From the IMG/VR virus record IMGVR_UViG_3300024346_000010: a DNA stretch of 64,000 bases. One strand, given 5' to 3'. Under the pieces are notes generated by a model. That model worked only from the letters and a program-made list of their open reading frames with translations, did no database searches and was not told where the DNA came from. Below, one piece after another: positions 8,397 through 18,523 of this stretch. Within the stretch, counting starts at the first letter, position 1; each line of letters begins with the position of its first letter. The DNA comes from a virus. Made by a program: the position numbers and the translations under genes.

Positions 8397-9785
8397 ATGG
8401 CCGTTTTACAAAGACATAAGAATACCATCTACGGACTGGTAACAGACCTAGCCCAAATCACTACAAGTGTTACTAATGAAGCAACTGCTCGCGCAGCTGC
8501 TGACGTCGTATTACAGGGTAACATCGATGCAGAAGCCACCCGCGCAACTGCTGCAGAAGGTGTAAATGCTACTGCAATCACCAATGAAGCAACAGCTCGT
8601 GCGGCTGCCGATACTACACTTCAGTCAAACATCACTGCAGAAGCCACCCGCGCGACTGCGGCAGAAGGCGTAAATGCTGCTGCAATTACCGCTGAAGCTT
8701 CTACCGCACGTGCCGCTGAAGCTGCAAATGCCTCTGCAATTACTGCCGAGACTACTCGTGCAACTGCTGCTGAAGGTGTCAATGCAACAGCAATCTCAAC
8801 AGAAACAGCTGCTCGTATTGCTGGTGATACCGCTGCTCAGTCATATGCTGACGGCATTCTTGCTGCCTTCGAAGCAGGTGACTTCCAGACACTTGAAGAC
8901 TTAGTTGCAGTAATCAACTCTGATTCATCTACAGTTGGTTCGTTCCGTAAAGAGATCGCAGACATCATCGATTCTGCACCAGAAGCTCTTAACACACTCA
9001 ACGAAATTGCTACTTACATCAACGTAAATGGCACTGGCGATGACGTTCTTACAGCTATCACTAACAGCGTAACTGCAGCTAAAGCAGAAATTCGCGGTGA
9101 AGTTACTGCTGCATACGATACGCTTGCTGAAGTTGAAGATGCACTTGATATCATTAACGGTTCTGGTGTAGGTTCTATTGCTAAAGTTGCAGCTGACTTC
9201 GCAGCAGCTGATACAACACTGCAGTCCAACATTACTGCAGAAGCAACAGCTCGTGCTGCCGCAGACGTTACATTGCAGTCCAACATCGGTGCAGAAGCAA
9301 CTACTCGTGCTGCCGGCGACGTTACATTGCAGGGCAATATCGATGCAGAAGCAACAGCGCGTGCTGCTGCAGATACTACACTTCAGTCTAACATTACTGC
9401 AGAAGCTACAGCTCGTACGAATGCTGATGAAACACTCACAACTGGCTTAGGTAACCTTTCCGGTGTTACTGATGCTGGTACTGCTCGTACAAACCTTGCT
9501 GTTTACAGTAAAACAGAAATGGATGCGGCGCTGCTCCTTGCCGGTGCAAGATTCATCACTGAGATCCTTACGGTCACAGCCGATGCAATCACGTTGACAC
9601 ATGCTCCTAAAGATGGTGTATTGTTCAACTTCGGTACAGTACGTCACACAGATGCTAACTTTGTATCTTACGACATTCCTGCAACAGTTGGTGGATCTGC
9701 CACTGTATACAACCTTGCCCCGAACGCTTCTGGCGACTTCGACGGTAAAGCAGTTGTTGTACAGTACGCATACACACCTGCATAA
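8397..9785 (+). CDS. Ala/Thr-rich coiled-coil fibre protein
   Basis: Many 18-aa EATARAAADxTLQxNI repeats, APEALNTLNEIA motif, ARTNLxVYSK; SD aggag. Confidence 0.75.
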   Translation: MAVLQRHKNTIYGLVTDLAQITTSVTNEATARAAADVVLQGNIDAEATRATAAEGVNATAITNEATARAAADTTLQSNITAEATRATAAEGVNAAAITAEASTARAAEAANASAITAETTRATAAEGVNATAISTETAARIAGDTAAQSYADGILAAFEAGDFQTLEDLVAVINSDSSTVGSFRKEIADIIDSAPEALNTLNEIATYINVNGTGDDVLTAITNSVTAAKAEIRGEVTAAYDTLAEVEDALDIINGSGVGSIAKVAADFAAADTTLQSNITAEATARAAADVTLQSNIGAEATTRAAGDVTLQGNIDAEATARAAADTTLQSNITAEATARTNADETLTTGLGNLSGVTDAGTARTNLAVYSKTEMDAALLLAGARFITEILTVTADAITLTHAPKDGVLFNFGTVRHTDANFVSYDIPATVGGSATVYNLAPNASGDFDGKAVVVQYAYTPA

Positions 9786-9793
9786 TTGAAGCA

Positions 9794-9821
9794 TTATCAG
9801 GGGGCTTAGGTCCCCTGATAA
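9794..9821. terminator. Stem-loop, probable terminator or processing site
   Basis: ttatcagggg-N8-cccctgataa. Confidence 0.6.
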
Positions 9822-9861
9822 CTCATTGATGAATACCGATGAGGTTAAATAGGATTATAAA

Positions 9862-10176
9862 ATGGCTATAGTAAAAAGACAGGCAGATGTTCAATTAACA
9901 CAGTTGACAACAGGCGCGCCTGTGGAGTATGATACGTTTGCAGAAGTAGCTACAGCACTTTCAAATATTGTGTCAAAACTCGATCTGATTACTGTTACGT
10001 CCGATATAAACCTTGATAATATTAACCTTGATAATCTTACGGAGGCACTTAGCGCAGGTACTGTAGAAGATTTTGAAATAGCTTTGGTTACAGCAGCTTC
10101 TGAATTACCTGATGGGACATTCTCGCTAACCAATATTGGCGACATCGATGATTTTGAAATGTCTTTAATTAACTAA
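9862..10176 (+). CDS. Acidic fibre-associated protein
   Basis: APVEYDTFAEVA motif shared with neighbouring fibre genes. Confidence 0.55.
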   Translation: MAIVKRQADVQLTQLTTGAPVEYDTFAEVATALSNIVSKLDLITVTSDINLDNINLDNLTEALSAGTVEDFEIALVTAASELPDGTFSLTNIGDIDDFEMSLIN

Positions 10177-10187
10177 GGAAAGAAAAA

Positions 10188-10712
10188 ATGGCAGTTATTT
10201 TATACAAAGGCCCAAACAAGACTGTTGCTACCATAGCAGCTAGAAATGCAATTGCAGTTAAACATGACAGTATGGTTGTTACCGTACTTGATGCAATAGC
10301 AGATCCTGCCGCCGGTGCTGGGATTGCAACGTTTCGTTGGGTAGAATCCACATCGGCATGGATTTTAGTTTCAAAGTCTGGTGTCGAAAGTATTAACTTT
10401 GAAACAGAAGAGTTACTAATCTCTAACGGATCGGTAACACCTTCAAACGTTGCTATAAGCGGCAATTACTGGAATATAGTAGTTGTTAATGGCGATGTTA
10501 TTCAGGCAGAACTCAAACTAGAAAATCTCACATCAAATCTAAATAGCATTTCGGGACTAGATGATTACAATGGTTTATCTTTAAGAGTAACGTATGCTTA
10601 CGGTACAGTAGGTCAACAGGTAACTGACTATGTTGATTTTAAAGCAGCGGAAATCCAAGCAAACCTTGACGGCTTTTCAGGTACCGTCGCAGAATTTGAG
10701 GCAGAACTATAA
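10188..10712 (+). CDS. Fibre-associated structural protein
   Basis: VATIAARNAI...VLDAIADP motif; beta-rich domain resembles the C-termini of 7641 and 8397. Confidence 0.55.
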   Translation: MAVILYKGPNKTVATIAARNAIAVKHDSMVVTVLDAIADPAAGAGIATFRWVESTSAWILVSKSGVESINFETEELLISNGSVTPSNVAISGNYWNIVVVNGDVIQAELKLENLTSNLNSISGLDDYNGLSLRVTYAYGTVGQQVTDYVDFKAAEIQANLDGFSGTVAEFEAEL

Positions 10713-11650
10713 TGGTAAATTTAGCACAACGAATTGGTCAAGAATTTAAAAGTGTTCGTGATAACGAAATCACAAATCTCCAGGCAGCAGATGTTACCCT
10801 TCAAGGTAATATTGATACCGAAGCTTCTACAAGAGCAACTGCAGACTCCACACTACAGGCCAACATTGTTGCAGCAGAAGCAGCAGCAATTGCAACAGCA
10901 GCAGCAGATGCAACTTCAAAAGCAAATGCAGCCGAAGCAGCAGCTACAGCAGCAGCAGCAACAGACGCAACTTCAAAAGCAAATGCAGCAGTAGCAGCGG
11001 CAAACAGCAACACAGGGGATCGCGAATCAGCTATCACCACAGCATACCAGACTTACGCAGACGCGGCAGAAGCAGCTGCGAATACGTATGCAGACGGTGC
11101 CGTTGCGACTGAAGCTAGCGCTCGCGCTGCTGCAGATACCGCATTGCAGAACAGCATAGATGCTGAAAATGCAAGAATTGATGCTATCCTCAATGCCTCT
11201 ACTGCTGATAAAGACACCTTTGCAGAAATCGTTTCATTCATCAATGCAGTTGATACAACAAATGATACAGCTCTAGGTACTGAAATTACTACAAGAGCAG
11301 CTGCAGATACTACTCTTCAAGGTAATATTGATGCTGAAGCTAGTGCAAGAGCATCCGCTGATACTACGCTGCAAAATAACATCAACACTGAAGCTAGTGC
11401 AAGAGCATCCGCTGATACTACGCTGCAAAATAATATCAACGCGAAGCTCGCAGCATCTCACGATATGACTTTGACTTTGTCTGGTGATGTTTCTGGATCT
11501 GCAACATTTACTAATATGGCTGATGCCACTCTTAGTGTTGCACTAGGCGCAAATACTGTAACGTCAAGTGAACTATCTGGTGCTACTTCTCTTGTAATTT
11601 ATAACTCTGCTGGTACTGCATTAAAAACTCTGTTCGGCGCAGGATCATAA
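10712..11650 (+). CDS. Ala-rich coiled-coil fibre protein
   Basis: EASARAxADTTLQ repeats, DATSKANAA repeats, DTFAEI and LSGDVSGSATF. Confidence 0.75.
   Translation: MVNLAQRIGQEFKSVRDNEITNLQAADVTLQGNIDTEASTRATADSTLQANIVAAEAAAIATAAADATSKANAAEAAATAAAATDATSKANAAVAAANSNTGDRESAITTAYQTYADAAEAAANTYADGAVATEASARAAADTALQNSIDAENARIDAILNASTADKDTFAEIVSFINAVDTTNDTALGTEITTRAAADTTLQGNIDAEASARASADTTLQNNINTEASARASADTTLQNNINAKLAASHDMTLTLSGDVSGSATFTNMADATLSVALGANTVTSSELSGATSLVIYNSAGTALKTLFGAGS
11334..11433 (+). repeat. Tandem direct repeat with 54-nt period inside the fibre gene
   Basis: ctgaagctagtgcaagagcatccgctgatactacgctgcaaaataa at 11334 and 11388 (46 identical nt). Confidence 0.85.
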
Positions 11651-11673
11651 ATAAAAGAAAATAGGAATTTAAC

Positions 11674-12429
11674 ATGGCAAACCCAACTACCAGACAAGGA
11701 CTTATTGATTATTGTTTAAGACGACTAGGTGAGCCTGTTATAGAAATCAACGTCGACCCTGACCAATTAGAGGATAGGGTCGACGAAGCAATTCAATATT
11801 GGCAAGAGTTTCACGCCGACGCGACATATAGAACATATGTTGCACACCTCGTAGGTGACAGCGATGTATCAAGAGAATACATTGAAACAACCGACGATGT
11901 TCTATTTGTATCAAAATTATTCCGAATTTCTTCTTCATTTAACAATTCAATGAATTTCTTTGATATTAAATATCAAATGATGCTAAACGATATCGCTGAT
12001 ATGCAAAACTTCGCCGGTGATCTTGCATATTACGACCAATTAAATCAATATCTTTCTATGCTTGATATGAAATTAAACGGTGAGCCACAGACTACATATT
12101 CGCGTAGTATGAATCGCCTCTATATTCACGGAGATTTTTCCGATAAAGACATTCAAGCCGGCTCATATATAATTTATGAAGCATATAAAACTGTAGATCC
12201 AGGAACATTTGGTAAAGTTTATAACGACATGTGGCTTAAAGAATATACCACAGAGCTTATTAAACAACAATGGGGATCTAATCTGAGTAAATTTGAAGGC
12301 ATGCAAATGCCTGGAGGTGTCACTCTTAATGGTAGACAATTGTATGATGATGCCACTGCCCAAATAGAAAGACTCAGGGAAAAGATTCGCACTGACTTTG
12401 AAATGCCGACGGATTTCTTTGTAGGATAA
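11674..12429 (+). CDS. gp13: Neck protein gp13
   Basis: LIDYCLRRLGEPVIEINV...KQQWGSNLSKF.G...PGG.TLNG; T4 synteny; CATAAATA upstream. Confidence 0.92.
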   Translation: MANPTTRQGLIDYCLRRLGEPVIEINVDPDQLEDRVDEAIQYWQEFHADATYRTYVAHLVGDSDVSREYIETTDDVLFVSKLFRISSSFNNSMNFFDIKYQMMLNDIADMQNFAGDLAYYDQLNQYLSMLDMKLNGEPQTTYSRSMNRLYIHGDFSDKDIQAGSYIIYEAYKTVDPGTFGKVYNDMWLKEYTTELIKQQWGSNLSKFEGMQMPGGVTLNGRQLYDDATAQIERLREKIRTDFEMPTDFFVG

Positions 12430-12433
12430 TATA

Positions 12434-13315
12434 ATGGCAACTAGTGTATATTTCAGTCAAAGAGTCAAATCCGAACAAAATTTATATGAAGATATAATTA
12501 TTGAATCTTTAAAAATTTACGGCCAAGACGTATATTACCTTCCCAGAACTATCGTCAATGAAGATAAAATTCTCGGTGAAGATGTTCCATCAAAATTTAG
12601 TGCGGCATACCAAATTGAAATGTATGTTGAAAACATTGAAGGCTTTGATGGTGAAGGTGATATTTTTGCCAAGTTCGGCGTTGAAATACGAGATACTGCT
12701 ACATTCGTTGTATCACGAAGACGGTGGGAAAGTACTGTAGCTCGAATTGACAATATCTTAGAAACATCTAGACCAAACGAGGGAGATATCATTTATCTTC
12801 CTCTATCAAATTCAATGTTTCAAATTATGGCAGTCGAGCATGAATCCCCATTTTACCAGTTAAGCAACCTACCTACATATAAGCTACGTTGTGAACTCTT
12901 CGAGTATTCTGGCGAAGATTTTGACACAGCCGTTGCGGCGATTGACGATATTGAGCGTAGGTATGCTTACAAGTATCTTACTACCCTTGATAGTGCATCT
13001 GCAGGTTGGATTGTAGGAGAAACTGTTAATCAAACTCTATCAACCGGTACGGTTATATCAGGAGAAGTTGCTGGATTCTCTGCTTCAGACAATGTCTTAC
13101 AACTTATTCATGTCGGTGCAGATGATGGCAATTATCATAGCTTTATAATAGGTGAGCAGATTACCAGTACTAGGGGATCTACTGCGTTGGTTACTGCAGT
13201 AGCTGAGGATAACCAGTTATCCGAAACTGAAGATAATGACTTTTTTGATACCACTGAAACAGATCTTGAATTCTTAGATTTCAGTGAAACTAATCCGTTT
13301 GGAGATCCACAGTAA
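12434..13315 (+). CDS. gp14: Neck protein gp14
   Basis: EQNLYEDIIIES...G..VYYLPR...KFG.EIRD...RPNEGD; follows gp13. Confidence 0.9.
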   Translation: MATSVYFSQRVKSEQNLYEDIIIESLKIYGQDVYYLPRTIVNEDKILGEDVPSKFSAAYQIEMYVENIEGFDGEGDIFAKFGVEIRDTATFVVSRRRWESTVARIDNILETSRPNEGDIIYLPLSNSMFQIMAVEHESPFYQLSNLPTYKLRCELFEYSGEDFDTAVAAIDDIERRYAYKYLTTLDSASAGWIVGETVNQTLSTGTVISGEVAGFSASDNVLQLIHVGADDGNYHSFIIGEQITSTRGSTALVTAVAEDNQLSETEDNDFFDTTETDLEFLDFSETNPFGDPQ

Positions 13316-14112
13316 TGTTAGGTAATCATTTTTATCACGAACGCATTAGAAAAAGCGTTGCCATGTTTGGCTCTCTTTTTAATAACATTTACGTTGTTCG
13401 TACAGATTCTTCAAATAAGGTTATAAGCCAGGCAAGAGTTCCTTTGTCATATGCTCCTGCTACAAGCTTTTTAGACAGAATAAGAGAAAATCCTGACTTA
13501 GAACAAGATACTAAAGTTGCCATTAAACTTCCTCGTATGTCATTTGAGATTATTTCATATCAGTATGATTCACAGAGGCAGCTTCAAAAAACAAATAATA
13601 TTAACCGAACTTCTGGTGACTCTACTACGCGCAATAAGTTTTATGCGTCTACTCCTTATATAATTGGATTTCAGCTTAACGTCTATACTAAAACCCAAGA
13701 TGATGCTTTACAAATCATTGAACAAATTCTGCCATACTTTGGTCCTCAGTATACGTTAACTATTAAACCATTCGCAGATTTTAGTGATATTAAAGAAGAT
13801 GTTCCTATCACGCTTAACGGTATTTCTTATACTGATGCCTACGAAGGTGCTTTAGATAGTAGACGTATTATTCAGTATACATTAGACTTCCAAATGAATG
13901 CGAACTTCTATGGAGCAGTTCAAGAAGCAAGTATTATTAGGAAACCTATTGTTGATATATATTCTGGTAGAACTGAAATAGATTCCGATGGTGCATTTGA
14001 TCTTTATAGCCCATCAGTAAGAATTGAAGTAAATCCAAACCCTCTTAATGCAAGTCCAGATAGCGACTACGGGTTTACTACTACAATTTATAGTTATGAG
14101 GATAGTGCATAA
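13315..14112 (+). CDS. gp15: Tail sheath stabilizer / tail terminator gp15
   Basis: FYH..IRK....FG.LFN.I...VPLSYAP...LPRMSF; synteny. Confidence 0.9.
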   Translation: MLGNHFYHERIRKSVAMFGSLFNNIYVVRTDSSNKVISQARVPLSYAPATSFLDRIRENPDLEQDTKVAIKLPRMSFEIISYQYDSQRQLQKTNNINRTSGDSTTRNKFYASTPYIIGFQLNVYTKTQDDALQIIEQILPYFGPQYTLTIKPFADFSDIKEDVPITLNGISYTDAYEGALDSRRIIQYTLDFQMNANFYGAVQEASIIRKPIVDIYSGRTEIDSDGAFDLYSPSVRIEVNPNPLNASPDSDYGFTTTIYSYEDSA

Positions 14113-14492
14113 TGGATGAAGAAAAAAACAAACATTATCAAAACGATTATGAATATTCCAGAACCGTTTTATACGATTTAATTTCAAAGGGTACTGATGC
14201 TCTTGAAAATATGATTGAAGTGGCTAGAGAAAGCGAGCATCCTAGAGCTTACGAGGTTCTTGCCACATTAATTAAAAATACGGCTGACGTTAATGATAAA
14301 TTAGTCGACCTAAATAAAAAGCACAAAGATATCAACTCAAAATCAGCTCCTACACCTATTGAAGGTGGATCAACGACTAATAATGTTTTTATCGGCTCAA
14401 CAACAGATCTACAACGTATGCTTCAAGATGTGCATGCTAAACAGGTGGAGAGTAACGTGGTGGATATTACACCACATTTAAAAGATGAATAA
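14112..14492 (+). CDS. gp16: Terminase small subunit gp16
   Basis: DYEYSR...ESEHPRAYEV...NNVFIGSTTDLQ. Confidence 0.9.
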   Translation: MDEEKNKHYQNDYEYSRTVLYDLISKGTDALENMIEVARESEHPRAYEVLATLIKNTADVNDKLVDLNKKHKDINSKSAPTPIEGGSTTNNVFIGSTTDLQRMLQDVHAKQVESNVVDITPHLKDE

Positions 14493-16092
14493 TATTGTAA
14501 ATGGCAATGAGGGCTACTTAGGTAATCCGAATGTGAAACGTGACGGAATTGTTCAAGGTTGGACTCAAGAAAATATTCTTGAATACCAAAAGTGCATGAA
14601 CGATCCCGCATATTTTGCTATAACATATTGTAAGGTTATTTCACTTGATAAAGGTCTAGTTCCTTTTAAGCTTTATCCGTATCAAGAAGAAATGTTCGAC
14701 CACTTTAACGAGAATCGATTTTCTATCGTTCTTGCTTGCCGGCAATCAGGTAAATCTATTTCATCGGTAGCGTATCTCCTTTGGTACGCAGTATTCCATT
14801 CTGAAAAGAATATTGCTATTCTAGCAAATAAAGGTGCTACTGCTAGAGAGATGCTAGCCCGCGTTACATTGATGTTGGAAAACCTACCGTTCTTTCTACA
14901 ACCAGGGACTAAAGCGCTAAACAAAGGTTCTATTGAGTTTAGTAACAACTCTAAGATTCTTGCTGCAGCAACATCTGGTTCATCTATTCGTGGTTTGTCT
15001 ATTAACCTTCTATTCCTTGACGAATTTGCTTTTGTTGAAAATGCAACACAATTCTATACGTCGACATATCCGGTTGTTTCATCAGGTAAAGATACAAAGG
15101 TTATTATTACTTCAACGGCTAATGGTATTGGTAACCAATTCTATAGTATTTGGCAAGGTGCTTTACAAAGCACAAATGCATATAAACCATTTCGCGTCGA
15201 TTGGTGGGATGTTCCAGGCCGTGATGAAGCTTGGAAAATAGAAACAATTGGCAATACATCACAATTGCAGTTTGACCAAGAATTTGGTAATGCGTTTTTT
15301 GGACGAGGTGATACTCTAATCAACGCCGAAACCCTTATGAGGTTAAAGGCTGTAGAACCTATTCGAATTCTTGAAGCCGGTGATATGCTTGTTTATGAGG
15401 AAACAAAGGATGATCACCAATATATTATTTTAGTTGATGTTGCGAAGGGAAGAGGACAGGACTATTCTACTTTTAATGTGATCGACATAACTGAGCATCC
15501 ATTTAAGCAAGTTGCAGTTTATCGATGTAATACTATCTCGCCTATTCTCTTCCCCGATATTATTTATAAGTATGCGATTTCCTATAATAATGCGTATGTT
15601 ATTGTTGAATCAAATGATCAGGGCACTCTAGTAACAAGAGGGTTATATCACGACTTAGAATATGAGAATATTCACGTCAGTTCCGTAAGTAAATCGGATG
15701 GTGTTGGTATTAGTATGGATCGTAAAGTGAAAAGACTTGGCTGTTCTGGTATTAAAGATATTATTGAAAATGATAAATTAGTTATTAATGATACTAATAC
15801 AATTATGGAAATTTCTACCTTTATAGCTAAAGGACAATCATATGAAGCGAGTGACGGAAACCATGATGACTTAATGATGAACTTAGTAATGTTTGGATAT
15901 TTTGCGCTATCAGAAATGTTCCAAGACATGACTGACATTAATTTAAAGCAAATGTTACATAATGAAAGAATGAGATCAATTGAGGATGACTTGGTGCCAT
16001 TTGGCTTCATTGATGATGGTAGTGACGCTATAAATACGATTGAAAGGGAAGATCATCCATGGGCAGTCGACTACGCCCATCAAGACTTCTAA
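14485..16092 (+). CDS. gp17: Terminase large subunit gp17
   Basis: RQSGKS Walker A, LFLDEFAF Walker B, nuclease motifs DVAKGRGQDYS and HDDL. Confidence 0.97.
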   Translation: MNNIVNGNEGYLGNPNVKRDGIVQGWTQENILEYQKCMNDPAYFAITYCKVISLDKGLVPFKLYPYQEEMFDHFNENRFSIVLACRQSGKSISSVAYLLWYAVFHSEKNIAILANKGATAREMLARVTLMLENLPFFLQPGTKALNKGSIEFSNNSKILAAATSGSSIRGLSINLLFLDEFAFVENATQFYTSTYPVVSSGKDTKVIITSTANGIGNQFYSIWQGALQSTNAYKPFRVDWWDVPGRDEAWKIETIGNTSQLQFDQEFGNAFFGRGDTLINAETLMRLKAVEPIRILEAGDMLVYEETKDDHQYIILVDVAKGRGQDYSTFNVIDITEHPFKQVAVYRCNTISPILFPDIIYKYAISYNNAYVIVESNDQGTLVTRGLYHDLEYENIHVSSVSKSDGVGISMDRKVKRLGCSGIKDIIENDKLVINDTNTIMEISTFIAKGQSYEASDGNHDDLMMNLVMFGYFALSEMFQDMTDINLKQMLHNERMRSIEDDLVPFGFIDDGSDAINTIEREDHPWAVDYAHQDF

Positions 16093-16103
16093 ATAAGCTT
16101 TAG

Positions 16104-16111
16104 TATAAATA
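16104..16111 (+). promoter_or_regulatory. T4-type late promoter
   Basis: TATAAATA upstream of the sheath gene. Confidence 0.8.
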
Positions 16112-16175
16112 CACATAGTATTTGAAAATAAACGTATTATGACAAGCTTATAATTTAACTCAAAGGAAAAGAGTC

Positions 16176-17909
16176 ATGGCAGTATCAGAATCTCCAGCGA
16201 TTACCGTTAAAGAGATCGATCTTACCGGCGTTGTCCCAAATGTCGGATCCACTACTGGTGCTTTTGTAGGTAATTTCAACTGGGGTCCAGTTGATAGTGT
16301 TACATTAGTATCGGATGAGGCAGGATTGGTATCGGTCTTCGGTAGTCCAGATAAAACAAATTCAATTGATTTTCACTCAGCAGCATACTTCTTACGTTAT
16401 GCAAGCTCTCTCTATATTGTACGAGAAGCAACACAAGGTTCAGGCGAAAGCTTAAATGGTGGTGATTCCGACGCAACATTCACAGCTAGAGTAAAAAATC
16501 AGGTTTCATTCGATTTCCAAGAAGATGCTTTGGATTCAGATGGACACACATTCATCGCTAAATATCCAGGAGCTCTTGGCAATTCATTAAAAGTTTCATT
16601 CTTAGGCGCAGTTGATAGCGCTGATGATGTTGCGTTTACTGGTTGGACGTACGAAGATAACTTTGACGCGGCTCCAACAACATCCGCGTATGCTGCAGCC
16701 AGAAATGCTTCTGGTGATGAAATGCACGTAGTAGTTATTGATCAAGACGGTGCTTTCACGGGCGCACGTGGAACTGTTCTAGAAACATTCCCATTCGTTT
16801 CTCTTGCGGCAGATGCAAAAGCTGCTGATGGAACTTCAAACTACATTAAAGACGTAATCAATTCAAGATCTAACTACGTGTGGTTAGCTGGTTTTGGTAC
16901 AGCAAGTAAGTTTGATGCCGATGCAGGTACAAATGCTACTTCGGGTAAAGACTATAAATTGGCTTCTCCGGCGGCTGTAGAAATTTCGTTTGTTAATGGC
17001 TCAAATTCTGCGGCACTAACAACATCAGAATATGCAACAGGCTTTGATAGATTTGAAGACGCTGATAATATTCAGGTAGATTTCTTAATTGCGCCTGGCA
17101 TGGTAAGCCGAACAGATCAAACGGCAGTAGTTAATGATCTTATTGCAATTGCTCAAGGCACTCGTAAAGACTGTGTTGTTGTTGCATCCCCTGCTCGTTC
17201 TGATGTTGTTACATCAAATGATGTTAATAACGATATTATCACAACAGCTAAAACGTTTACATACTCTTCTTACTTATTCATGGATAACAACTATCTTAAA
17301 GTATATGATAAGTATAACGATCAATACATCAAAATTCCTGCTGCTTCTTCAACTGCCGGTATTATGGCGGCATCTGACAATGATCAAGCTGCGTGGTATT
17401 CACCAGCCGGTCAGAGACGTGGTGTTTATTTAGGTGTAACCGGTCTAGAGTACTCACCAAATAAATCCGAGCGCGATCTGTTATATCGTAATAGCATTAA
17501 CCCAATTGCTAACCTTCCTGGTCAAGGTATCCTACTTTACGGTGATAAAACACACATGGCTCGTCCAAGTGCATTTGATCGTATCAACGTACGTAGACTC
17601 TTCCTCGTCCTTGAAAGAGCAATTGCTCTTGCCGCACGTAACGTGATGTTCGAATTCAACGATGAGTTTACTCGCGCAGAATTCACGAACATTGTTGAGC
17701 CATTCCTTAGAGAAATCCAAGGTAGACGTGGTATCACTGACTTCCGTGTTGTATGTGACGAAACAAATAACACAGCAGCAGTCATTGATAGAAACGAATT
17801 CATCGCAAGCATCTTCATCAAACCAGCACGTTCAATTAACTTCGTAACGCTTAACTTCGTTGCAGTTAGAACCGGTGTTGAATTTGAAGAAGTTGTTGGC
17901 TCAGTATAA
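16176..17909 (+). CDS. gp18: Tail sheath protein gp18
   Basis: SP.I.VKEIDLT...F.WGP...WYSPAG..RG...AFDRINVRRLF...KPARSINF. Confidence 0.97.
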   Translation: MAVSESPAITVKEIDLTGVVPNVGSTTGAFVGNFNWGPVDSVTLVSDEAGLVSVFGSPDKTNSIDFHSAAYFLRYASSLYIVREATQGSGESLNGGDSDATFTARVKNQVSFDFQEDALDSDGHTFIAKYPGALGNSLKVSFLGAVDSADDVAFTGWTYEDNFDAAPTTSAYAAARNASGDEMHVVVIDQDGAFTGARGTVLETFPFVSLAADAKAADGTSNYIKDVINSRSNYVWLAGFGTASKFDADAGTNATSGKDYKLASPAAVEISFVNGSNSAALTTSEYATGFDRFEDADNIQVDFLIAPGMVSRTDQTAVVNDLIAIAQGTRKDCVVVASPARSDVVTSNDVNNDIITTAKTFTYSSYLFMDNNYLKVYDKYNDQYIKIPAASSTAGIMAASDNDQAAWYSPAGQRRGVYLGVTGLEYSPNKSERDLLYRNSINPIANLPGQGILLYGDKTHMARPSAFDRINVRRLFLVLERAIALAARNVMFEFNDEFTRAEFTNIVEPFLREIQGRRGITDFRVVCDETNNTAAVIDRNEFIASIFIKPARSINFVTLNFVAVRTGVEFEEVVGSV

Positions 17910-17929
17910 TAGACGTTAGGAGAAAATAA

Positions 17930-18457
17930 ATGGCTATTCTTGGAGTAGACGATTTTAAAGCCAAATTAAAAGGTGGTGGCGCACGTCCTAACCTCTTTAA
18001 GGCGACAATCAACTTTCCGGCTTATGCAGGTGGAGATGTAGAACTTACATCTTTCATGTGTGAAGCTGCACAACTTCCTGGATCAATTATGGGTGTAGTT
18101 ACTATCCCATTCCGCGGAAGACAACTTAAAATTGCTGGCGATCGTACGTTTGATACGTGGACGCCAACAATCATTAACGATACTGATTTTGCAGTTCGTA
18201 ACGCGATGGAGCGTTGGATGAATGGTATTAATGCCCACAAGGCAAATACCGGTCTTACAGCTCCAGTAGATTACAATGCCGACCTATTGGTTGAGCAATT
18301 GGATAGAGACGAAAGTGTTCTGAAGACATACAACTTCCGTGGTTGCTTCCCAACAAACATCTCGCCAGTTGATTTGAGCTATGGCGCAAACGACGATATC
18401 GAAAGATTCCAAGTTGAGTTCCAAGTTCAGTATTGGGAATCAAACACGACTTCTTAA
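17930..18457 (+). CDS. gp19: Tail tube protein gp19
   Basis: GGARPNLF...LPG...PFRGR.LK.AGDRTF..W. Confidence 0.95.
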   Translation: MAILGVDDFKAKLKGGGARPNLFKATINFPAYAGGDVELTSFMCEAAQLPGSIMGVVTIPFRGRQLKIAGDRTFDTWTPTIINDTDFAVRNAMERWMNGINAHKANTGLTAPVDYNADLLVEQLDRDESVLKTYNFRGCFPTNISPVDLSYGANDDIERFQVEFQVQYWESNTTS

Positions 18458-18477
18458 TAAGATCATATATACTACTG

Positions 18478-18503
18478 GACCAGGCCTTAATTGGCCTGGT
18501 CTT
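18478..18503 (+). terminator. Stem-loop after gp19
   Basis: gaccaggcc-ttaatt-ggcctggtc followed by tt. Confidence 0.55.
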
Positions 18504-18523
18504 AACTAATAATAGGATTTAAT

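Noticed and set aside
8480-11440. Periodic 54-nt repeats resembling a CRISPR array or DGR template
   Set aside because: They are in-frame coding repeats without unique spacers, and no cas or reverse transcriptase gene is present in the window.
8674-11461. Poly-Gln/Leu and antisense ORFs inside the fibre genes (e.g. 10734..10994)
   Set aside because: These are alternate-frame shadows of GCA/GCT-rich Ala repeats.
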